Shown: piece after piece, positions 49,558-64,000 of the stretch
How the letters are laid out: every line of letters starts with the position of its first letter
How positions within the stretch are numbered: the first letter of the stretch is position 1
NCBI RefSeq assembly: GCF_022539665.2
Contig: NC_081333.1
Location: 7,006,001 to 7,070,000, forward strand
DNA: 64,000 bases
Origin: Daphnia carinata
Lineage: Eukaryota
Reading direction: 5' to 3'
Program-made: the position numbers and the translations under genes
Notes under the pieces: model-generated
Databases searched by the model: none
Seen by the model: the letters and a program-made list of their open reading frames with translations, nothing else
Told to the model about the DNA's origin: nothing

Positions 49558-51281
49558 TTAGATGTGGCGAACGTGAAAATTGACTACATATTCGGAATTA
49601 GTTCGTTGAACACTTATGGCAAATGGGTCAGTTGGATGGAAAGTGAAGGCAACAAGACGACGAGCTGAAGAAGGTGGGGCGGGCCGACCAAGAATGCCAG
49701 CATAAATGCGGAAGCGCAACAGTCCCGATTCTCGAACGTAAAATCGTATGGGGTGCTCCCCACTAGTTTTTGGACGTTCCATAAGACTGACCCACTTGTC
49801 ATCATAAGAAAAAAGCTGCAGGTCGAGATAAGGCGAAGAAGAATACGATTGGGCAGAAATAGGAAGCTGGGAAAGAAGCCGCTTAGTAGCTTCAGTTTGA
49901 CCGCCAAAGCGGGCGCTCACAATGGTCTGCTTGAAGCGTTGGTGAATCACGTTGGCGAAAACATTGCTGGACGGTGATCCTTGAGTGGCATTCCGAAGGA
50001 GATCGCAAAAGTTTTCGAATAAGTCTAGCAGCTCCTCACTTGTATTCTCATAGACATTAATAACCTGTACAAGAAGATACGAATAAATCTAAAATATACT
50101 TCGTTTCACCTTAGAGAAATGTGAATTACCTGCGCGCTTTCCATGTTGTATACAACAAAGAAGGCTGGCTGTGTATTGGGATCAGGAGCTCTAAGAGTAA
50201 CCACATCTTCACTGGCGTACTTCAGAAGCAGGTGTGATTCATCCAATAACTGCATTTTCCAGAGACGGAGTGCCCGAATGTGGTCGAAATTCTGGTAGAA
50301 TTTTCGAACATGAAAGAGGTTTCCTTCTGCCTGAGACATCTTGATTGCCCTTCGATAGAGAAATACTAACAATCGATGTTTGAGAGCGTTGACTGTGGCT
50401 TCTCGAAAGGGACGAACTAATTGGCCCGATGGCCACAAGCCGCGCACCTGATTGATCAACCATTCGTCATCATCGAAACAGAAGCGTCCGATAGTTTTCA
50501 CATCGGCAAAGTAGCCTTCACTCGTGATTCGAAAAATATGTATCGTTTGATGCTGGACGGAGAGCACTGCCAGAGTATCTTCATAAAGATACAGGCCTTG
50601 ATTATGTGAAAGAAAAATTTTGTCGGTTTTCAAAGTTCTAGTATCACAGAGTTTTCCATTGACGATGTCTACAATATGGAGCGAGCAATCTTCCAATGGA
50701 GAACGAGGATGAGGCGAGACGGATTCATTATTGCGAAAAATTTCGAAGAAGTTGGGTTGAGGTTCCTCGGGAACATACGAAGCTGAACCGACAATAACAA
50801 ATCTTCCATCACCAACAAAAAGACTGCATTCGCGATTTAGTTGCTCCCCAACAGGAGTCACAGGAATAGTATACTTTAATTGGAAAAATTTTGAAAACAC
50901 TTTACTTCTTAAATTTACAGCTTCATTGGCATCATTGCCAATGAATTCTCTTGTTCCTGGCACTTCTACCAGTAAAGCTTCTGCAGCACTTGGCCCAAGA
51001 TATTTGTAAACCTCCACAGAAGTTTGGTCTGATGAGAAGGCAATGAAGTACTTGCCATTAGGGGTAAATTTTCTCAAATAGCATGGTGGTTTTTCTACAT
51101 TGACAATCGTGAAGTTTGGAACAACAGTCTGATAAAAGGAGCGACATACGTTGTAATTTCCAGGTTTCACATTGGTTTCTCGTTTTATCAGTCTAATTAC
51201 AACGTTTTGTGGAGGAATTTTTCTAGGGGTTAAAACAAACTCACCATCGGCTGACAATTGCCGATACCTGGGGTTCATCAT
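49558..51281 (-). CDS. DET1: DET1 homolog (de-etiolated 1)
   Basis: [91 protein letters not shown]. One intron at about 50066-50129. Confidence 0.96.
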
Positions 51282-51595
51282 TTTAAAGTTCTTGGCTTCT
51301 ATTTCGTTGCATTTTAACTACCTATCATAACTTTCCATTTTGAAGGCGGGATTAAGGCTATTTTTCACTTAATTACTGAACTGCCACAAGATAATTAGTG
51401 CCATACTTGAACACTCGATTTGTCCTAAAACAAAACAAGAAACAGCATATTGTGTAACCAACATGCTCTAGCGGTAGAGACTGAAATGCAACAAGAAACA
51501 TATTCCGTTCACCGCCATCTGTTGAAGGAGCTGGGTTCCTCTAAACAAATGTTCCTAGCAAGTTGGAAACTTAAAAGAAGTTTTTTACGTGAAAA

Positions 51596-52999
51596 ATGCA
51601 CGTGAGTGGAGAAAACCGACTTCAACGATATGAAAAAATAGAATTTTTAGGCGAAGGACAGGTAAATTTGTTTTTATCTTAATTATTTCTATTCTTTACA
51701 TATAAACCATGTAGTTTGCGACAGTATATAAAGCGAAAGATACCCGAAATGACAACAAAATTGTCGCAGTGAAAAAGGTACTCAAATTCTATCTGTTCTT
51801 CAGTTTTCAAACAATAGTCTGTCATAAATTTTTAAGATTAAACTAGGATCAAGAGAAGAAGCTAGGGATGGAATCAACAGGACAGCCTTGAGAGAAATCA
51901 AATTGCTTCAAGAATTGAAGCATGATCATATTATTGGTCTATTGGATGTTTTTGGTCATCGATCAAATGTGTCTTTGGTATTTGATTTCATGGATACAGA
52001 CCTGGAGCAGATTATAAAGGATACATCCATCATCCTCACACCTGGAACTGTCAAAGCTTACATTCTCATGACTCTTCAAGGTCTTGAATATCTTCATCTT
52101 CTATGGGTCCTTCACAGGGTACTTTTTTTCACTTGATTTGCTATAGCCTGCATGAAACTAAGCATTTTTTTATTATCCAGGATTTGAAGCCTAACAATCT
52201 TCTTGTCAATCGCCAAGGAATATTAAAATTAGGGGATTTTGGTTTGGCAAAATCTTTTGCCTCACCTACACGCATCTACACCCACCAAGTTGTTACACGG
52301 TGGTACAGGTAGTTTTCAACAACTTAATATTTCAGCTGTAATTTAAGACTTGTTTGTAACAAGGGCGCCAGAACTGCTGTTCGGTTCTCGAATGTACGGC
52401 ACAGGTGTTGATGTGTGGGCAGTAGGTTGTATTATGGCTGAGCTTTTGCTTCGAGTTCCATTTTTACCTGGCGAATCAGACTTGGATCAGCTGACACGTA
52501 TTTTCTCGACTATGGGCACCCCAACCGAAGATAACTGGCCAGTACGTATTGAGAACTTTTTTCTTAAATATTTTGTCATTACCATTTCCTTTTATTTTTA
52601 CTTGGTGGTTTAATTGCTTTTTAGGGACTACATTCACTACCAGATTTTGTTCAGTTCAAGGCGTTCCCTGTGATACCTCTTCGTCATATATTTACTGCTG
52701 CCGCGGATGATTTGTTACAGCTTCTGAGCCGATTTTTGGCCTTGAATCCTGCCGACAGATGTACATGTAGCGAAGCTTTGCAAATGCCTTATTTCAGGTA
52801 TGGCTTTTGTTCCTCTTGTTTCTGTTCAACATTTCTTCAAAATTGCATCAATTATAGCAATAAACCAGCTCCAACACCAGGATCTGCTTTGCCTCTACCT
52901 GCATCTCTGAGTCAAGCAGCCATTGATAAGAGCGGCACGAAGCGTAAAGTGACGGATAATGGAGAAGGAGGTTCATTGGCGAAACGTTTGGTTTTCTGA
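51596..52999 (+). CDS. CDK7: Cyclin-dependent kinase 7
   Basis: [19 protein letters not shown], the CDK7-diagnostic [59 protein letters not shown]. Confidence 0.97.
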
Positions 53000-53111
53000 T
53001 TGTCAGTGTTGTTCAATGCTACCAATAAATGTTTCTAATATAACCTAACTTTATTCCACCTTTCATGTTGATACAACTTTACAATGTTAGATGTGAGCGT
53101 TATGAATTTGC

Positions 53112-53999
53112 TCATTTCCTGTACCACATCTGAATAGTCTTCATTCGTTTCACCTTCTTTTGTAGCTGAAGTATACCGTACATCAGCGCTTCGGCTGTAG
53201 GAGGACAACCAGGAACATAGATATCAACTGGAATTATCCTGTCGCAACCACGCACCACCGAATATGAATAATGGTAGTAGCCACCTCCGTTGGCGCAACT
53301 TCCCATAGAAATTACCTAAAAAAAAAAAGCAAAACAAAAATTAGCTAACATATTCTCTTTTCATTTGTGAACGTGAGTTATTCGATTACCCATCGAGGTT
53401 CGGGCATCTGATCATAAACTTTGCGCAAAGCCGGAGCCATTTTGTTTGTAAGTGTTCCAGCTACGATGATTACATCAGCCTGACGCGGAGATGCGCGAAA
53501 TACCACACCATAACGATCCATGTCATAGCGAGGGGCTGCAATGTGCATCATTTCAACAGCACAGCAGGCTAGACCAAAGGTGAGAGGCCATAAAGATCCC
53601 TGTAGTGAATAATTATTTTTTCAAAAATTCTTATATGTTTAAAATTATATGTGATGAAAGTTTGTTACCTTTCTTCCCCAGTTCAAGAGGTCATCAAGAC
53701 GAGCAACTGCATACTCTGCCATGTTGTTGGTGTTTTGAAAGGGAGAATATTTTTTCTTCTTATCCAGAGCTACTGTATGAACAAAAAATTTAAAGTTAGA
53801 CTCATCTAAGACTATACAGGCTAAAGTAAAAAAAGTGACAATTACCATTTTGTTCAGCTCCGGTCTGAGGAACAGTAGTCTGGTTCCGTTTCAGTACGAT
53901 AGAAGAGGTCGACAACACATTTGAAAGTACTGGGGCATTGTTGTTTATTCCTAAGGCCTTAACCAGGCTAGCATTCAGAGTTCCCCGTAGAGCAAGCAT
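53112..53999 (-). CDS. NDUFS7: NADH dehydrogenase Fe-S protein 7 (PSST)
   Basis: Mitochondrial presequence MLALRG.., then [52 protein letters not shown] and [11 protein letters not shown]. Confidence 0.97.
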
Positions 54000-54959
54000 A
54001 TTCTTAAAATTGAAGTAATTAACAACGTACAACTTCGACCAAGATAGCTGCTAAGAAGTAATAACTCCAGTAACTATTTTACGGGGAATAGCCAACAAAA
54101 CGAACTAGCAGACAAACTTCTCTATGAGAAAGAAGAGCGACTAAAACGCAGGGCGAAATGCAAAACCTAATTTGACTAAAATGGGAATATACGTGTGGAA
54201 TTGAAAGTACATATACGTTGAAGTGAAGGTCTGTGTTGCGTGTTTCAGATGCTGTTCATTTTTTACATACGTTCGGTTGTATTGTACCTCCAAATTGCAA
54301 GAAACTTCTGTGCCGGTTCCAGTTCTCTACATAAAGCGCAAGTCACTAATAAGAACGCAGTTTCATAAATCAATTTAGTTTTAAAAGGGGAACATTTTTT
54401 AGCTGAAACGGTACCATGTGGGATTTGAAGGAGATATAAATGAAATGATTTAAATCATAATTTTTCTGTTGCAGCTCGCACGGTAACGATGATGACAAGT
54501 TGGAATCGGAAGAGATATAGGCACCCACTTTCCTTTTTAAAGGCTGGAATCAGAGAAGAAGGGCCTACTTCATTTCTGGGTAGAATAGTACCGTTGTTGT
54601 TGTAATATAAAAAAAGAATTAGCTTTCAAATTGTTTTCGTCGAATTATTTTATTTAACAACGTGCAAATTCGTTAGCACTTCGAATTGGCGTTTCTCAAA
54701 CTTTTTCGCAATTTAGACTGTCTTGCAGCCTTTTGGCGTATTTCGTAACCCTTTTATTTGGTCCCTTCCACATGGGGTTTTTGCCTTTTACTCGAAAAAG
54801 TTTTGTTTTCGCGTTTATAAATTCTTTCTTGTAATGCAACATTGACATATTTCTTGTTCGCGTTTAAGTAGGCGTCTGCTATTATTTATCTCTATAATTC
54901 ATTCTTCAAATTGCTTTAGAACTGTTACAGATGACGGAAGAATTTGATGGCATAAGAAA

Positions 54960-56524
54960 ATGGCTAATGCATCACTGATTTTCTTCGTTTTCTATCTCGT
55001 ACCTCTTGTTCTACCAGTTTTGTCTTCAGACGTTGATCCATTATTGGATGTTGAACAAAATTACGACCGAAATGTAAGTTGTGTTCGTCTTGATTTTTTT
55101 AAAATTTCCGTTTTCATTCTGTATCGATGGGACGTCGAAGTAATATCATGTGACACAGAATTTCTTTCTGACAGATCACTACTACAATAAATCCAAAGTG
55201 CCCTCAAAATGAGTGTGTTAATTTCACTTTAGTTCATGTCCAACAACAAGGAAGAACTGATGTCCTCCATCATTTGTGGACAATGGAAAATATTCCCACA
55301 TTTTTTTATGCAAGAACAGAAATTAACACTGAATTGATAATTGATTGGCGCAAGATGTTGTCCGGGAATAATAGTCAAGCCATAAGCTTTAGTAAGGAGC
55401 CACAGTATTTTGCAGCCATTCTTATTTTGAAGGTAGCATACATTAAAAAAAAGTGTATATGCATCATACATGCAGTTACTTAATATTTTTTTTTATTTAT
55501 TTTTTTCTCAGTTTTTTATGTATGATGATCTCAATGACACAGGAATTATTCCAAAAATGAACAGTTATGATACTGTTTCATTTAGTACAAACAAAATGTT
55601 TTGGGAACTCAAGTCATCAAATTACTCAGGGAGTCAATCCGCTTCTGTAGCGTTCCGTTTAGCTAACTATGACGGAGTGGACCTAGATTTGTCATCTAAC
55701 ATTGAAATAACTGTAAAATCGTATTTTTTTAACAAATTTTGAATAGCTACGTTTCAAATAACTTGTTTTTTTGTTTTTTTTAAATTACAAAACAGTTGAC
55801 AGCATACGGAACCCGAGGTCGAAGCCCCATTTTACCTCACTTAGCCTTCACAGAGAATTCAACTCAAATTGATTTCATCTTTGATCGTGTAGAAACTAAA
55901 GAATCTTTCACTAACGCACGGTTAGCCATAGAATTAGGCACGGTTGTTTCTGAACCTAATAGCCGGTTTACTCTCAACGTGTCTCAAAGTTTGGACGATG
56001 AGTACACACCCGGCGTATTCAAGGTAATCCTCAAAATCCTGTACCTTATGATTTTAAAAATTATTAAATGTCTATGTAAACGGCAGTTAATGGAAGTACA
56101 TTCAGCTTTGAATCAACACTGGATTCAATGGCGGCCAGTATGTTATACCTCAACCAAACGTGATATTGGAGACTCAACTGGTGTCTATCAGACTGGGATA
56201 AGAAATGTAACCGACGATGGTGTTTTTGACAACTCACTTTTGCAATGGTTGTCGTTAGACATCGACATGACCTCTATATCAATGAATGGCTTCAATGTCT
56301 CATTTGGCGTTGAGGGTGATGGTTTTTATAAAGCTTCAAACTACACAGCTTGGACTATAGTTACTGGCCATGGAAACCCGATTGGTGATCAGTTTTCAGT
56401 AATGGTGATATTAGTAATGGCCATTGGTTTGGGTCTTCCAGCAATCGTTCTTATTCTTGGTGGTGTAGCAATAGCACTGCGAAACCATCGGGATAGTAAA
56501 GATGATCTATTGCTGAGCGATTGA
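54960..56524 (+). CDS. GLMP: Glycosylated lysosomal membrane protein (NCU-G1)
   Basis: Signal peptide, many N-x-S/T sites, LPHLAFTENSTQID, SLDDEYTPGVF, QWRPVCYT, FNVSFG..GDGFY, a single TM helix (IGLGLP) and a dileucine tail DDLLL. Confidence 0.9.
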
Positions 56525-56853
56525 GTTGGTAGAACTGATACTTGTAGAATGTAGAGTATCTCAGGCGAACGGTTCCGCGTATTTCTCAGTTCGTGTTGAC
56601 CACTATGACGCATTTCATTCTTTTTTCCCTTCAAATCGAAACATTGGCCTTTGCGTGTATATAAAATATCGAATAAAAAAGTTTAACAGCAACAGTATTT
56701 AAACACAATACCTTGAATATGTAATTAAAAATTCATAACGAAGAACAGTTTAATTCTCGAAATATGATTGTTAAGAGATTATAATATTGCAGCTGCGCGA
56801 GTCAACAATTGTAATGAGATAGCTAGATTGCACAATTCAGAAATGCATAGTTC

Positions 56854-58764
56854 CTATAAATCAATGGGACGGATTTGTCTCTCTCCCTCATGGAGCAAAA
56901 TGTGGAATGCTTTGTAAAGTAAAAGACATCCCCAGCGTCGCTTGTCCGAATTTGACCATGACGTACAGATGCCATAGTAGTCGCCACGCTTAACATTTGT
57001 GATGGTACTAAGACCTAAAAAAAAAAAACATTCAGGATATTAATAACGTAAGGAATTTTGCCTTAGCACAGCATTGATTAAATTTACCTATCGCTTCTAT
57101 CATCGCTGCTTCGCGACAAAACGCTTCGACTGGTAACGAATTTTGGAAGACGTGAATTGAAATTACACCATAGCCATCGTTCCAGATATCTAATATTCGC
57201 TTTACCTTCTTACTAACCTGTGCTTGCAGATGGATCGTTAGAGTAGAATTGGAAATAACTTTTTAGCAGACGTTTTACTTTAAGAAATGATTGCGGTCGT
57301 GAACGCAGTTTAATTGCTTCGTATAGATGTTCGTGGGGCCTTGTTTGTTTCCCCTTTCCGATGTAAAATATACTGGTTACAAAGCGTTTAAACAATTTTT
57401 GTTGGTTTTGGGATTCATTGAGGGGTAGGTTGTCCGTAACTCGCGGATCCAACAGCAGATAGTTAAAAGATTTCTTTGCCAAACCTAACACCGGTAAGAA
57501 AATTTAAAAAATAGATTAAGAAATAAAAGAAGGTGAAACAATTGCAACTCACCCTCTCTCCACGGCTTAAGCGGGTCAGGACAGGTAAAATGCGTTACAA
57601 GTAATCGATCAAGATGTGTGGCTATCTTTGTATCGCTATCCAATCCTGGGTACTGAAGCAACATGGTCTGAAGTTCTTTAGACACCCCCAGCCTTTTTGG
57701 TGATGGGACATGCTCAGCCTTCTCACGACGCAGCCGAAAGAATTGCCTCAGGTAGACTTGCTTAGTCGTTGGCGTTATAGGGCCAGGGCAACTGCCAAGT
57801 GATTTCAATTGGTCAAATAAAAGCTGTGAATCGATCGAATCGCCAATCCAGTTCACTGAGTTTTTATCATCAGACGATGTACATAAAGCTTCATTTAGGG
57901 TAGCATCCGTAACTGAATTTTGATTCACAATTGGAGGATAGTGCCACTCGACCAATTCTACTCCTTTCTCAGTATCAGAATATATATGTTCTTCAACTAC
58001 TATGGCGGAATTTGCTGATGTGTTGGTTACATCGATTGAATCACACACTGCTATATTAAGAGTGTTGTTTGATGTACTGTCTGTAATTGAATCAAGACCC
58101 TCAAGAGCAGTAGTACTTGTGAGTGATTCTGATCCTAGGAACCCAAGGTTATTGTAGCTAAGACTACTGCTGGAAAGTGAAGATCCAAGTTCTACTTCTC
58201 TCAGCTTTAAAAATACACATTGAACAGAATCTTCCAAAGGTTCACCATTATCTTCTTCCATGTATGATGCAAGGTATTTCAGAATACTCCATTGATTTTT
58301 TTGAAGAGCCAAATCCCAAGCATTGCAACCTTCTGGGTCTTCAAACCACGGGTCACCTCCATTTGCTATAAGAATTTTTAAGACTCCTATGAATCCCCAA
58401 CTGGCAGCAATATGAACTGGTGTGATTCCTTCCACAGATTTCACATTAGGATTCCCATTGCTGGACAACAAAAGCTGGACAATCTCTCGGTGAACTGCTT
58501 CATCACCAAGCCCACAAGCCCAGTGCATAGGTGTAATCCCATTACCAGTCTGAGCGTTTATGTCCGCACCAAACTTTAAAAGTCTTCGCACAACTCTAGA
58601 ATGGAAGAGAGAATGATCTTCTTTATAATATACTTTATTTCTCTGAATAACTAAATGCAGATCTTGCAAGGACTGGCTTACCCCAAATCACATTTTTCAA
58701 TCGCTCGGCAAATTTTTTCTTCTATCGGTAAGTCTATATTAAATCTAACACGATTCTGATTCAT
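56854..58764 (-). CDS. ANKLE1: Ankyrin repeat, LEM and GIY-YIG endonuclease
   Basis: Ankyrin repeats (GITPVHIAASWG), LEM (LKSLGSCPGPITPTTKQVY), WREG|LAKKSFNYLLLDPR, IFYIGKGK..RPHEHL, EAFCREAAMIEAIG, ending EGERQIRPIDL. Confidence 0.94.
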
Positions 58765-59019
58765 TTCTTTTGCAATTAGAGTTCTATACTTGTTATAATA
58801 CAACTTTTTCACGATAAAAGAATAACAGCGACAGCCATCAACAACAGCCTGTTGATGCAACTTTCAAATTTGTAGGCTACGAAAGCTGTTGCTAGCGTTA
58901 CGTCCAGAGTTGTCAAAATTATAATTTCAAACTCCAATATTCGTCTGCATCTTCGTTGATTTCTGTTTTGTAATTTTGTGTCATTTGTTTCACGTGCAGG
59001 ATTTCGAATTAAATGAAAA

Positions 59020-63114
<4,095 letters not shown>

Positions 63115-63480
63115 ATGTGCCTCTTATTCTTTTTTTGATTGTAGTATCACATCGAGATTTTCATGTTGAAAATACGAATTTCATTTAACAAATGTAAACT
63201 GATACCAACGAATGTTTATTCACATCTTAGGCAAAGGTAATGATACAAGTAGGTAAATGTAACTCTATTCCACTGGTCGAGGTAGACCCCATCCACCACC
63301 CCATAAAAAACCATAAATTAAGAATTTTGTCGTCTTCCAACGCACATAAGCGATATCAAAAGTAGTCCGTATACATTAGTAATATCTGCAGTAAGCGAAT
63401 AAATGTAAACAGGGATAACATTTGAGATTTCCTCTTTAGAACTTGTGTTTAACAAAGATCGTTCGTGGGATGTAATTCGT

Positions 63481-64000
63481 TCAGTATGACAAGCGAGGAC
63501 AACTCGCATAAAGTTCGGTGCAATTGGCTCCTGAACGGCCCATCAGTGTTGCATCCATGTATGAACTGAATCCACCAGTGTGGCGCGTGTGTAATAGATA
63601 GCTCAGAGGCAAACTGCACGAATACGAAAACGAAAACGTATAGTTAAAAGGTAAATAGATTAGTGTCAATACAAGGAATACCTTGATAGCGAAACGGCCC
63701 ATCCGGCTTGCCCTGGTGCAGCCATAGCCAAGCGATTCATTCGGCATAAGGTCTCCTGAGTGCAGACTGTGTTTTCGAGGGCTGCATCCTGCTCCCATAA
63801 TTCGTGAACCATGCTTAACCAAGTCGGACCGTCCAGCAACACTGCAATGAATAATCGGGTATGTGATTATTTGTTATAGACAAAAGGGTTTCGCCACACT
63901 TAGCAATTCACTACTAGATAAAGAGAAACCCCTGGAAGATTACCGTCAGAGAGATCGTTATCATCTATGCTGCGCTTAGCTGCCGGTGCAGCAGTAGTGG
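63481..64000 (-). CDS. 3' end of a DM4/DM12-like cysteine-patterned protein
   Basis: Spliced tail LLDGPTWLSMVHELWEQD..VCTQETLCRMN...SS|LPLSYLL...YMDATLMGRSGANCTELYASCPRLSY*. The C-x5-C ... Y-x2-A-x3-G-x5-C-x3-Y-x2-C pattern fits the family. 5' part lies outside the window. Confidence 0.65.

Noticed and set aside
54249..54600. Possible small spliced ORF or C/D snoRNA (ATGATGA near 54489) between NDUFS7 and GLMP
   Set aside because: Weak donor, no recognisable peptide, and no D box CTGA or terminal stem.

Overview
Eukaryotic, intron-rich arthropod DNA. The short introns (about 60-70 nt), the Halloween P450, the DIP gene and the YYTTTYAAP repeat family suggest a cladoceran such as Daphnia (inference). 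From left to right the window holds: an intact Tyr/Thr/Pro-rich secreted repeat gene running off the left edge and a frameshifted paralogue; an unexplained spliced repeat element (4.5-5.0 kb); TRMO, SUGP1 and SMN; a DIP/lachesin-family three-Ig GPI-anchored gene followed by about 17 kb of non-coding DNA; IQGAP with a JHBP/group-7-allergen-like gene nested antisense in its first coding intron; shade (CYP314A1); nucleobindin; endosulfine; DET1; CDK7; NDUFS7; GLMP; ANKLE1; mitochondrial Lon; and the 3' end of a DM4/DM12-like gene. CDS coordinates are start-to-stop spans including introns, with exons joined by hand. I recognised no tRNA, rRNA, CRISPR array or intact transposase, and found no confirmed novel system. 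The best leads are the nested antisense gene, two GC-AG introns, a candidate poison exon in Lon, a structured intron in a SURP-less SUGP1, and the orphan spliced repeat.
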